From positions 1 to 40,965 of IMG/VR virus record IMGVR_UViG_3300030105_001413: a stretch of 40,965 bases of DNA. The stretch is one strand, 5' to 3'. Each line of letters begins with the position of its first letter. Within the stretch, counting starts at the first letter, position 1. Origin of the DNA: a virus. Lineage: Duplodnaviria > Caudoviricetes. The notes beneath the pieces were generated by a model, which was not told the origin of the DNA, did no database searches, and was given only the letters and a program-made list of their open reading frames with translations. Shown piece after piece: positions 17,622 through 26,203 of the stretch. The position numbers and the translations under genes were made by a program.

Positions 17622-19193
17622 TTAGATATTCATTGATTTCGATGAGAACGGGTCGTAATCGCTCATGACACGAAGTTGACCAGTATTAAACCCGGTTCGA
17701 TAGTTAGGTTCTACACGTTTAGCAAAAGTAAGAGCGAGTGCATCAGATATATCTGGACTCATTAACCCTCGTGATGCCATATCTTTTTTGCTTTCAAGCA
17801 AGATCTTACCTGTACGTTCTACATTGTACTCACGTTGTGTCAATTGCTTCCTAAGATCTTCATCTCTTGGGAGGGAGAGGCGAGGCATAGCATCTCTAAG
17901 GTGCCCATACATCTCATCTCCCCACCTACGAAACCTATGGTCTGTAGCACTCTTACCAAAGTTGACATCAATAGGGTTGTAGCCTAACCTTGTAAGCCGA
18001 TCAACAGGCCCAGCGCCCATGCCGCCGCCATCAAGAAATAAACCTGATACTTCTTTACCCATGATACGGATGTCGTGTACCATTTCAATAATTTTGTCAA
18101 CAACTTGTTCCAAGTCGAGTCGATTGTATTTTCGATACGGTAACGAACGCGCGTCCATGCCGATTCTAGGGTAGATAACAGTGTCATTGTCGCCAAACCT
18201 CGCTATGTCTACACCAATCAGGACAGGGTCTGTCATGTTTGGTTGAATGATTCTGCTCTCAGACATTGCCTGACTAACCATGTCATTAGGAATGAACTGT
18301 ACTGAGCCAATTGCAGGGAAGATTCCCCTAACCTTAACTTTGAATAGATCGCTATCTTCGCCCCAGTCTTCTCGTAGCTCTTCGAGGTAGGTCTTGTTAG
18401 GGACTGAGCATTCACGGCTGTCTACTTGTCGTACAATATGACGATGCTTCTGTTCACCGACACAGTTTTCATAGAAATACCCACTCTTACGGGTAGGATT
18501 GCCAAAGTCAAAGGACATTGGTTCACCATCGGTGGCTCCACCAATACGAGCGTCCCAGATGGCGTCTTCAATACCTGATGCTTCATCAAAGATATAGAAT
18601 GCTGTCGAGTTGGCAGCATGTAGGCCCTGGAATGCTTCTGCATTTTCTGATCTAGCCGTCAGTCCATCGCAACGCCACTTATTCTTGTGTGGCCCACGTC
18701 TACTAACTGACATATTACCACGACTGTTGCTGTATTCCCATAGGTGGGTAGTTACAGCAAGGTGGTGCCACTTGGCAAGCTCAGCCCATGTCTTAGTGCG
18801 AAGCTGATCACCTGTATTGGCTGTCACCACTCCCATGGACAAGGGCCTGGTGTCAAGAATGAACATGATCAGCCATGCAACCATGGTGCTCTTGCCAATA
18901 CCATGCCCTGATGCTGTAGAGAACCGGATAGCATCGACAGCATCCCTGCCATTAAAGCCTCGTTTTTTAATCTCACTTCCTAACTGATCGAGCATTTCAC
19001 ATGCCCAACGATCAGGACCATACTCACAGTTGAACCGGCTTTTGTAAGGCTCCTGTAGCTTCACCATTTGGATAGTGGGGTTGTCATGCCACGGGAATAC
19101 TGTCATTACATAGCCAAGAGGGTCATCCTGGAAGTCACCAATAAGGTCAGTCAACTGTTCCGTTGCTGTGGAGAATTGGCCGCTGTTCATCAT
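17622..19193 (-). CDS. terL: Terminase large subunit
   Basis: Walker A ASGHGIGKST, Walker B YIFDEASG, nuclease GVDIARFGDND and SPDISDAL; ATG start at 19193 or 19190. Confidence 0.95.
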   Translation of the reverse strand: MMNSGQFSTATEQLTDLIGDFQDDPLGYVMTVFPWHDNPTIQMVKLQEPYKSRFNCEYGPDRWACEMLDQLGSEIKKRGFNGRDAVDAIRFSTASGHGIGKSTMVAWLIMFILDTRPLSMGVVTANTGDQLRTKTWAELAKWHHLAVTTHLWEYSNSRGNMSVSRRGPHKNKWRCDGLTARSENAEAFQGLHAANSTAFYIFDEASGIEDAIWDARIGGATDGEPMSFDFGNPTRKSGYFYENCVGEQKHRHIVRQVDSRECSVPNKTYLEELREDWGEDSDLFKVKVRGIFPAIGSVQFIPNDMVSQAMSESRIIQPNMTDPVLIGVDIARFGDNDTVIYPRIGMDARSLPYRKYNRLDLEQVVDKIIEMVHDIRIMGKEVSGLFLDGGGMGAGPVDRLTRLGYNPIDVNFGKSATDHRFRRWGDEMYGHLRDAMPRLSLPRDEDLRKQLTQREYNVERTGKILLESKKDMASRGLMSPDISDALALTFAKRVEPNYRTGFNTGQLRVMSDYDPFSSKSMNI

Positions 19194-19731
19194 TAAGCCT
19201 TTCAACTCGTTCCTGTCGCTTGCGTGTTAGAATGGCTACCAGTCCATCTTCGATGTCAATAACCTTCTTCTCTTCTCGCAGTCCCAGAAGAATACCAGCT
19301 TCTTTAATAGCTCCAAGCTTGTCAGTCGTTGTGATTTTTACATCGGTCTTTGTCTGTTTGTATTTGCCGCCAGCCTTAGACGTATTAACTGTAACTGTAC
19401 TAATAGCTTTACGGAGTGAAGGAGAGAGTTTGTCCCAATTGAGAGAAGGACGCCCCTTAGCATCCACTTCTATCAACTCGCCAGGAGTTGCTTCAATGAC
19501 ATCACGTAGCTTTTCAAGGAGCCACGCCCTGTCCATATCAACTTTTTCTTCTGTCAATTTCATTCTCCTGTCAATTTCATCTCGAACATCTTTTCTCGCG
19601 AAGACGTCTGGAGTTGTGGATTTTTTAAAGCCAGATTTCTCTGCTGCTTTTGTTTTAGACATACCTTGGAGATAGTAATTAACAGCTTGCCTGTGTTTAG
19701 CTGATATAGGTTTGATAGGATGTTTACCCAT
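19147..19731 (-). CDS. terS: Terminase small subunit
   Basis: N-terminal HTH (TKAAEKSGF), C-terminal DKLGAIKEAG; overlaps the terL start. Confidence 0.85.
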   Translation of the reverse strand: MGKHPIKPISAKHRQAVNYYLQGMSKTKAAEKSGFKKSTTPDVFARKDVRDEIDRRMKLTEEKVDMDRAWLLEKLRDVIEATPGELIEVDAKGRPSLNWDKLSPSLRKAISTVTVNTSKAGGKYKQTKTDVKITTTDKLGAIKEAGILLGLREEKKVIDIEDGLVAILTRKRQERVERLNDEQRPILHSNGTVD

Positions 19732-22700
19732 TACCGGTTACCAAAGCCTCCGCCCTGTCCCTTCTGACGTTCAAGGGCACGGAGCACAAGCCTAAGAGGT
19801 CCCATAGCATCATTAGCTCTTTGAGTATCGGTCAGAAGAGCACCGTCTGCACTAAAGAATGCCCACATGTTCCAGAATGTCTCAGATGGTTTCTCTTCGC
19901 CATACCATGGACGAGGTACATAGTCACTAGAGTTAAGTACCAGTTCTTGGTCAAGACGATGGGCTTCACTTGTTCCATATGTAGCTGATGAGTAGGCTAG
20001 GAAATCTTCTCTTGACATAAGTCCTAGAGCTTTTCTCTGTGCATCCATCCATTCCAAGTTGTGAAGAGCTTCACTACCAGCATTATGTGCCAAAGCATCA
20101 GCAATAAAAGCATCAGTGTCTTCGCTATAATCTGGCATAGAAGGACGCTCAGGACCGCCGTCTTGTAGCATGAAAGTTGTTACATCAACTTTCTCACTAG
20201 GGTTGGCAGGGTTGATGCGTTCCATCATATCTCCCTCTCTATCTTGGAACCTATCACTGTTCATACCAAAGGTGTGCTCAAACATACCAGCAGCAGCAGC
20301 AGCTTTAATCTCAACTGGAAGAGGACGACCGAAGGTACTGTCGCGTGAAGACATGTCGTCCCACCGCTTAATATTCAACTGTCTTTCTATTGCGTTAACT
20401 CGCGCCTTATTTCTTGCCATAGTCGCACTCGGTGTTGGGATTGGAAAAGTCCCAAGCTTACCAAAAAAGTTTACAGTTGCCGTTCCTTCATCATCTTCAA
20501 TTAATCCAGGCCTATCTGCCGCTGCGATGACTCCTTCAATCGTACTTCCTTCTTGGAACGGAGTGTTTGCAAGATCGCTTATAGAATCACCGACATCTCC
20601 AAGGAAGGCAGAAATATCATCAATAAATTCTTGGACTCCTGGGTTCATCTCTCGACCACCGCCATCACGACGTAACCCCGTAAATGTATTCTCAAGGCCG
20701 ACAGTTTCCAGTCCAAAGTCTACATTGCCACCAGTATGTGGTGCTCCGGGGATTTTTTGTTTGGACATCCAAAGGCTCATGTCCTCTTCAATGATAGTGT
20801 GAAGGGATTGAGCTGCGGCATTAGCTTCTTCGCCAGTAGCATAGCTAGGATAGAGTCCCCATCCCAAAGCTTCAGCTTTAAGGGCGGCTTCCCTCTCTGT
20901 CAGTCTGTTTTCTCCGTCATACCCTGGTACGTTATAGATTCGACCATCAGGACCAGTGACACCTACAATATTAACTGTCGTTGTAGTTCCGTCTTCATTT
21001 ACAAGGTGCGTACCATTAATAAGGTTGGCTCTATGTTCATTGATCAAAGACAAATCTTTTTCAGACACACCTTCTGTAGACGCCCATTCTGAAGATAGAG
21101 GTTGATCATCACCAGCTCCAAGTCTAGTTACAACGGAGAGGCTTCCCGATTTGTTTGCTTGCATGGTGTTGAAATCAGAAATAATAGGATTGTCCCATAC
21201 ATCTGTTTCATCCATCTGCTGAATAACATGCGGTGCAATACCGGTTCCAACAGGACGATTGATATTTACTACATCAAATCCACCAGAGTCCATAGGGCCT
21301 CCGCCTTTATATGGCTCTTGAATATAAGCCATTACATCTTCTGGCGTAGGAGGTGGGTTCAAAGCGGAGAACATTGCTGCTCTCAAAACAGCTTCCCTAT
21401 TCTGTTCTGGGATTGGATCCATTTCCTGTCTAAACTTTTCAATCACTCCAGGAGGAACTGGACCAGCTACTTGGACGCCTTCAACATTACTGGAAGCAGC
21501 ATTCTCCATACCATTCAGCATAGCCTGAGCCATAGAAGATACAGCAAATTCCTGTTCGATACTGGATTGAATGGCGTTAAACTCTCGACCAGCTCGTTCT
21601 TTCAGGGCAAAATCCCCATCTGTAACTACTGGGATTTGAGATGTATTCAACCTCATAATGGAGTAAGTATCTCGTTGAATGGTAAAATCTCTAGAAGAAT
21701 CTAAGAGATCAGCGGCTCTGGCATTACGTGCAAACACACCTGGCTGTTCGGTCCATTGAGTATTGTCTCGTAACTCTGTAGCCACTGCATCCCAGTCTCC
21801 ATCTAGAGCTTTACCAAGTGTAGATGGAAATCCTGTAGCTCCACGCTGATGCCAAAGGCTACCAACAACTGCCTTTTGTTCCCATGTCAAATCATCAAAG
21901 CTAGCTGTTGAAGATGGCCCTGGTGAGTAATTAGGAATTGACTCATCCCACTTGGCTCTCATTGCTTCTTCCATTTGAGAAGCTACAGCAGCATCAAGTT
22001 CGGCTACTTGCTCGTCTGTTAAAACTAAAGAGTTTTCAGAAAGAAGATTGTGAGCTGCTTCCCCACGCATATTGGCATACGGAATGAGAAGAGCTTTAAT
22101 GTCTTCACTAATATTAAGAGCATTTATGTCCGCTACAGAATGTTGGCCAATGTCATAGCCAGTACCTACTGTAATTCCACTCTTCCACGTCCCAGACTTA
22201 CCTGCATCATATAGACTGTATGCTACAGTTTCACGTCCTTCTTCAGCAACAAGGTATGAATCAATAGCCTCTTCAGCCGTACCTACAAGATTAGACTTGT
22301 CGTTAGGAGAACCCCTATTATAAGAGTAATAGAGAGGGTCATTAGAAACAAACTCAGTCCTTAGATCAGGAGATAGGGCCTGCCAAGTAGTAGGCTCAAT
22401 AGCCTCCATCCCAGGCTCTCCATTGCCATTAAGGTTAGTCACATTGACCTCAAGAGCAGGAAACCCACCGTGATCAGCTACCTGAACGCCTTCAACATCA
22501 CTAGAAGCAGCCCTGTTCATACCATCAATCATAGCCTGAACATTAGCGGTCGTAGGGGGCAATGTCCCTGCCCTCTGAGCTTCAATCTTAAGCAAAGCAT
22601 TCTCTTCAGGGGAGGGAGGGAAGAACGATTCAAGGGAAGTGTTGATGATTAAATCACTCACCTCTTTCTGTTTCTCAGTAGACCCACCAATAGCTTTAGC

Positions 22701-22772
22701 CGTGTACCTCGCCTTAGCGGATAGCATCGGTCCTACACGCTCTACTTGTTCAAGGCGACTGGTCAATGGCAT
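19731..22772 (-). CDS. 1013-aa multidomain protein with pesticin-like (T4-lysozyme fold) muramidase domain
   Basis: AEEG...SGITVGTGYDIGQ motif at about 22265-21700; AAGGA RBS; internal repeat. Confidence 0.75.
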   Translation of the reverse strand: MPLTSRLEQVERVGPMLSAKARYTAKAIGGSTEKQKEVSDLIINTSLESFFPPSPEENALLKIEAQRAGTLPPTTANVQAMIDGMNRAASSDVEGVQVADHGGFPALEVNVTNLNGNGEPGMEAIEPTTWQALSPDLRTEFVSNDPLYYSYNRGSPNDKSNLVGTAEEAIDSYLVAEEGRETVAYSLYDAGKSGTWKSGITVGTGYDIGQHSVADINALNISEDIKALLIPYANMRGEAAHNLLSENSLVLTDEQVAELDAAVASQMEEAMRAKWDESIPNYSPGPSSTASFDDLTWEQKAVVGSLWHQRGATGFPSTLGKALDGDWDAVATELRDNTQWTEQPGVFARNARAADLLDSSRDFTIQRDTYSIMRLNTSQIPVVTDGDFALKERAGREFNAIQSSIEQEFAVSSMAQAMLNGMENAASSNVEGVQVAGPVPPGVIEKFRQEMDPIPEQNREAVLRAAMFSALNPPPTPEDVMAYIQEPYKGGGPMDSGGFDVVNINRPVGTGIAPHVIQQMDETDVWDNPIISDFNTMQANKSGSLSVVTRLGAGDDQPLSSEWASTEGVSEKDLSLINEHRANLINGTHLVNEDGTTTTVNIVGVTGPDGRIYNVPGYDGENRLTEREAALKAEALGWGLYPSYATGEEANAAAQSLHTIIEEDMSLWMSKQKIPGAPHTGGNVDFGLETVGLENTFTGLRRDGGGREMNPGVQEFIDDISAFLGDVGDSISDLANTPFQEGSTIEGVIAAADRPGLIEDDEGTATVNFFGKLGTFPIPTPSATMARNKARVNAIERQLNIKRWDDMSSRDSTFGRPLPVEIKAAAAAGMFEHTFGMNSDRFQDREGDMMERINPANPSEKVDVTTFMLQDGGPERPSMPDYSEDTDAFIADALAHNAGSEALHNLEWMDAQRKALGLMSREDFLAYSSATYGTSEAHRLDQELVLNSSDYVPRPWYGEEKPSETFWNMWAFFSADGALLTDTQRANDAMGPLRLVLRALERQKGQGGGFGNR
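21464..21528. repeat. 65-bp intragenic direct repeat, copy 2 (QAMLNGMENAASSNVEGVQVA)
   Basis: 54/65 identical to 22475-22539 by hand alignment. Confidence 0.9.
22475..22539. repeat. 65-bp intragenic direct repeat, copy 1 (QAMIDGMNRAASSDVEGVQVA)
   Basis: 54/65 identical to 21464-21528; offset 1011 nt (in frame). Confidence 0.9.
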
Positions 22773-22921
22773 ATGTATTATTTCCTTAAAACGAAAGGTA
22801 GGTTAACAAATTGTCTATGCCTCAGCAAGAGAACTTAAAGGGCATCTGTGTCTGGCCCATGGGAGGCAGGCTCCCTATCTCTTTGTCTGGCAACTGATAG
22901 ATGGCGAGGATTTTGACGAAA

Positions 22922-22993
22922 CTACTTTTTAGGCTTAGGCTTCATTGGAGGACGTCCTACTTTTGATCCGTACGTACCTTTACCTTTTGGCAT
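22922..22993 (-). CDS. 23-aa basic peptide MPKGKGTYGSKVGRPPMKPKPKK
   Basis: Strong AAGGAGA RBS at 23000-23006; first ORF after the candidate late promoter. Confidence 0.75.
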   Translation of the reverse strand: MPKGKGTYGSKVGRPPMKPKPKK

Positions 22994-23032
22994 AGTGTAT
23001 CTCCTTTCTGTTACATCTTCATCAATACTAAG

Positions 23033-23062
23033 TACTACCTGTATAAAACTTGTTTTGTGACA
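23033..23062 (-). promoter_or_regulatory. Candidate late promoter (phage sigma): TGTCACA-N16-GGTAGTA
   Basis: Same bipartite motif and spacing as 27039-27067; directly upstream of the entire late operon. Confidence 0.65.
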
Positions 23063-23389
23063 AAAATACCTGTTTATTTTTTTCAAGAGAAAGACAATCG
23101 CCATAATGGAACACAGATGTCAATAGAAGATGATAGATGTACCATACTACCACTCACTACGGTAAAACGTCTGTAGCACCCCTTAAAATGCATTTTAGAG
23201 GCTATTAGGAATATAGGGGAAGGGTTGGTCTATGCGGATTAAACATTAAAAGTATTTCCAGGAATATTGGCTTCCTCATCTGGTAGCCCCTATAGCGTGC
23301 AAGCAAGCGGCGGTATACCCCGAAGTTGCATTGCTACGCTGGGAAAAAAGAACATGCCACCCCCCTACCTTAGAATTATTCTAAACAAC

Positions 23390-23406
23390 CTGGCATGGAA
23401 ATTGCA
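23390..23406 (+). promoter_or_regulatory. Sigma54-type -24/-12 motif CTGGCATGGAAATTGCA
   Basis: GG-N10-GC with TGGCA and TTGCA flanks; points toward the early genes. Confidence 0.45.
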
Positions 23407-23455
23407 CTCGCGTGTTCTATTCTTTACTGGAAATCATTCTGGAATGGTACACCTC

Positions 23456-23484
23456 TGGTATAGGATTGGTATAGGATTGGTATA
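23456..23484. repeat. 11-bp tandem repeat TGGTATAGGAT x2.6
   Basis: Read directly from the sequence. Confidence 0.85.
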
Positions 23485-23687
23485 CTTGGCCAGGCTTTGC
23501 GTACAATTGGTCGTTAGATCATAGGGATATGATCAACATCATATAATGCGCGGGCCGCGTTGCGGATTGATTGGGAAAAATGCACATTATTATCGGCTAA
23601 CCCATTGTAATCCGAATGGGCGCGACCATGTGAAGAATGAGACCGAATCAATAAAACAACTTAACACTAACTAATTGGATTCGACAC

Positions 23688-23870
23688 ATGGATACATATC
23701 AGATTGAGAATCGGCTTTCAGGCGCAGTGCTTGGAAAGTATATGGCTGAAAACCATGACCACGCCTTGCACCTTATGGCGCGTGACGCGGGCTATCGTGG
23801 ACTGTTTCACATGGAAGATGTCGCGCCGTCATTCTTTGGTGAAATCAACGTTATTATGGTGACGTCATGA
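23688..23870 (+). CDS. Early hypothetical protein
   Basis: 60 aa; first of a tightly packed plus-strand operon; YQIEN..SG..LG.Y.A.....AL..MARDAGY pattern resembles other phage early genes. Confidence 0.75.
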   Translation: MDTYQIENRLSGAVLGKYMAENHDHALHLMARDAGYRGLFHMEDVAPSFFGEINVIMVTS

Positions 23871-24133
23871 CTTCACAAGTCCATCTATATGCCGCTTTGG
23901 ATCACTTCAACGCCATTGCCGGATACACAGCTAATAGCAGTGATGCATACACGCTTGACGGCGCATATGGTGGGTGGCGCTTGTGTCAGTATTGCAATGG
24001 TGGATTGCGTAGCATTTCACCACGTGGCACACGAACCGAAACTCTGACATTTATCCACACATATGCAGACGGCTTTGTTGCAGCGGCAAAGCAGATTGAG
24101 AAAACCAATCGTCGCAACCAAGGGGCAAAATAA
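23867..24133 (+). CDS. Early hypothetical protein
   Basis: 88 aa; ATGA overlap with the upstream gene; LDGAYGGWRL motif. Confidence 0.75.
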   Translation: MTSQVHLYAALDHFNAIAGYTANSSDAYTLDGAYGGWRLCQYCNGGLRSISPRGTRTETLTFIHTYADGFVAAAKQIEKTNRRNQGAK

Positions 24134-24822
24134 TGGGCAACGTTATCTGTTTGTTTGACTACACGGGAAACATGGGTCGACCATGGGCGCATGCTGGCCA
24201 CACGGTGCATTGCTACGATTTGCAGCATGTGGGCACCACGACGGAAAATGTTGGTGATCGTGGCGGCTCTATCGTTTTCCACGAATGCGATATTATGCAA
24301 GCCGGATTGTTGTTCGAGTTACAGGCACTAAATCCGGTGTTCTGCGCAGGGTTTCCGCCCTGTAATGACTTGGCAGTGTCAGGCAGTCGCTGGTTCGCAA
24401 GCAAGGCACAAGCCGATCCAAGCTATCGGACTAAGGCTATGGCACTAATCTATAGGACTAGAGACCTGTTTGAGTCACTAGGTGCGCCGTGGATGCTGGA
24501 AAATCCAGTTTCCGTGATATCAACCCAATGGCGCAAGCCGAACTACACGTTCAATCCGTGCGATTATGGCGGATGGTTGCCAGAAAATGACGTGCATCCG
24601 CAATTCCCGTCAATCATACCGCCACGCGATGCATACACAAAACGAACGTGCCTATGGGTGGGCGGGACGTTCACCATGCCTGCACCTCGGCCTGTTTCAA
24701 TCGACAAGGAATCCGCTAGCGTTTTTCATCGCAAGCTTGGGTCCAAGAGCCTACGCACAAAGCAGATTAGGAGCGCCACTCCCAGATCGTTCGCCTTGGC
24801 GGTTATGCTAGCAAACACCTAA
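24133..24822 (+). CDS. Short phage-type DNA cytosine-C5 methyltransferase
   Basis: Variant motif I LFDYTG, catalytic GFPPC, motif VI ENPVS, YTKRTCLW and RSATP motifs. Confidence 0.85.
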   Translation: MGNVICLFDYTGNMGRPWAHAGHTVHCYDLQHVGTTTENVGDRGGSIVFHECDIMQAGLLFELQALNPVFCAGFPPCNDLAVSGSRWFASKAQADPSYRTKAMALIYRTRDLFESLGAPWMLENPVSVISTQWRKPNYTFNPCDYGGWLPENDVHPQFPSIIPPRDAYTKRTCLWVGGTFTMPAPRPVSIDKESASVFHRKLGSKSLRTKQIRSATPRSFALAVMLANT

Positions 24823-24840
24823 CCTAGAATCGGAAAGACC

Positions 24841-25023
24841 ATGACACTCGACACCCGACTTCTCAAGCCAAGCCCTCGCGACGTCGCCATGCGAACCTTG
24901 TGCCTGCTCGATGCCAGTCTGTCAGACGCACGTAACCCGGCCCAAAGGGTCGATATCGAACGCGCCAAGCGCCAGATACAGGCCGTTATCCGCACCATGC
25001 CCGCAACCCTAAATGGAGAATAA
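24841..25023 (+). CDS. Early hypothetical protein
   Basis: 60 aa; GGA RBS; operon packing. Confidence 0.6.
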   Translation: MTLDTRLLKPSPRDVAMRTLCLLDASLSDARNPAQRVDIERAKRQIQAVIRTMPATLNGE

Positions 25024-25024
25024 A

Positions 25025-25219
25025 ATGCAATTCAATTCAGAACGCTTTTGTGCCGATTTCAGTCAAGGTGAATTGTTTATTCACGACGACGAACGTAGCA
25101 CGGGGATTTTTATCGCCATGCATAACGAAGCTGGCGATAACATAACGCTAGAACACTTCCGATCATGCATCGCAAGCCACGGGCTTGATCGTGCATGCGA
25201 GACTTTCTTGCGCATGTAA
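25025..25219 (+). CDS. Early hypothetical protein (MQFNSERF...)
   Basis: GGAG RBS at about 25015 favours the ATG at 25025. Confidence 0.65.
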   Translation: MQFNSERFCADFSQGELFIHDDERSTGIFIAMHNEAGDNITLEHFRSCIASHGLDRACETFLRM

Positions 25220-25298
25220 AACTGCTTGCATTGGCGTCCTGGGCGATGTGACATCTTTGTCACGCTCCTGGAAAATAAAGCGTCACGCGCAATTTTTC

Positions 25299-25328
25299 TT
25301 GCAATCGGTACGACGTGTCACCTAGTAT
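25299..25328 (+). promoter_or_regulatory. Candidate sigma70 promoter TTGCAA-N18-TAGTAT
   Basis: Intergenic, upstream of the Gp88-like gene. Confidence 0.5.
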
Positions 25329-25368
25329 GCGAAAGACGGAATTTTTTCTCAAACGAATTGGAAACACC

Positions 25369-26112
25369 ATGTCAAACGGATTGAACCACGACGGCACCAA
25401 ACGTCCCGCAAGGCTCTTGGGAATCGATTCCAACTACAAGACCATTAAAGGACGCAAGCTTAATTATATGACGGGAATTCTTTATTTAACGCCAGCGGAC
25501 GCTAGTGGATACGAAGTGTGTCCCATGCGCTCGCAAGGTTGCACTGATGCTTGTTTAAATACGGCAGGACGTGGCGCTATGAATTGCGTGCAACGTTCAC
25601 GCCTTGCTAAAACGTTATGGTACTTTGAGCATAGGCAATCGTTCCTCGAGCAACTGGATCGTGATATCTTGGCGCTAGTGCGCAAGGCAAAACGCGAAGG
25701 CTTCACACCATGTGTTCGATTGAATGGAACTAGCGATATCCCATGGGATCGGATTAGGCTTGACGGCCAGACCATGATGGAACGCCATAGCGACGTTCAA
25801 TTCTACGATTACACCAAAATTCCTAAACAGGCACTCGCCTTCGCGCGTGGTGCCATGCCTTTCAATTATCACATCACATTCAGTTTAACTGAATCGAACG
25901 ACGTCCAGGCCATTGGCGTGTTGCAGCATGGTGGCAACGTCGCTGGCGTGTTTCGCGACCCTCAAGGCGCACACGCCATGCTAGGCAATCGTGCCTGGCC
26001 AAGCGTAAATGGTGACAATTCAGATTTGCGGTTCCTGGATGCGCCAGGATCGATCGTTGCCTTGTATGCTAAAGGCAAAGCACGTCACGACGTGTCAGGT
26101 TTTGTCAGATAG
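25369..26112 (+). CDS. Gp88-like (radical-SAM-like Fe-S) phage protein
   Basis: CPMRSQGCTDACL Cys cluster; VRLNGTSD, FYDYTK, YHITFS, GDNSDLRFLD and AKGKA motifs. Confidence 0.8.
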   Translation: MSNGLNHDGTKRPARLLGIDSNYKTIKGRKLNYMTGILYLTPADASGYEVCPMRSQGCTDACLNTAGRGAMNCVQRSRLAKTLWYFEHRQSFLEQLDRDILALVRKAKREGFTPCVRLNGTSDIPWDRIRLDGQTMMERHSDVQFYDYTKIPKQALAFARGAMPFNYHITFSLTESNDVQAIGVLQHGGNVAGVFRDPQGAHAMLGNRAWPSVNGDNSDLRFLDAPGSIVALYAKGKARHDVSGFVR

Positions 26113-26142
26113 GCAAGCAACGCGCGCCTTTCTATCCGTCGC

Positions 26143-26171
26143 TTGACACATAGCATGTGACGGATTATAAG
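26143..26171 (+). promoter_or_regulatory. Strong sigma70 promoter TTGACA-N17-TATAAG
   Basis: Near-consensus, intergenic, upstream of an AGGAG RBS. Confidence 0.8.
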
Positions 26172-26203
26172 ACGCACGAAACCAATAATAGGAGCGTAAA
26201 ACA

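Noticed and set aside
22880-22926. Hammerhead-like core on the plus strand (GTC...CTGATAGA...CGAAAC)
   Set aside because: The core is CUGAUAG rather than CUGANGA, and stems I, II and III cannot be paired.
22922-23104. 60-aa version of the basic-peptide ORF
   Set aside because: The extension overlaps the promoter motif; the strong RBS points to the ATG at 22993.
23456-23484. CRISPR-like mini-array
   Set aside because: Contiguous 11-bp units with no spacers.
23486-23501. Second sigma54 site TTGGCCAGGCTTTGC
   Set aside because: GG-GC spacing is 9 nt rather than the required 10.
23267-23524. 85-aa plus-strand ORF
   Set aside because: TTG start, weak RBS, runs through palindromes and tandem repeats; probably non-coding.
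23661-23675. CtrA box (TTAA-N7-TAAT)
   Set aside because: The second half-site mismatches and the context is AT-rich; likely chance.
22773-23687. tRNA genes in the large intergenic region
   Set aside because: No cloverleaf with a T-loop GTTCRA motif and acceptor stem seen by eye.
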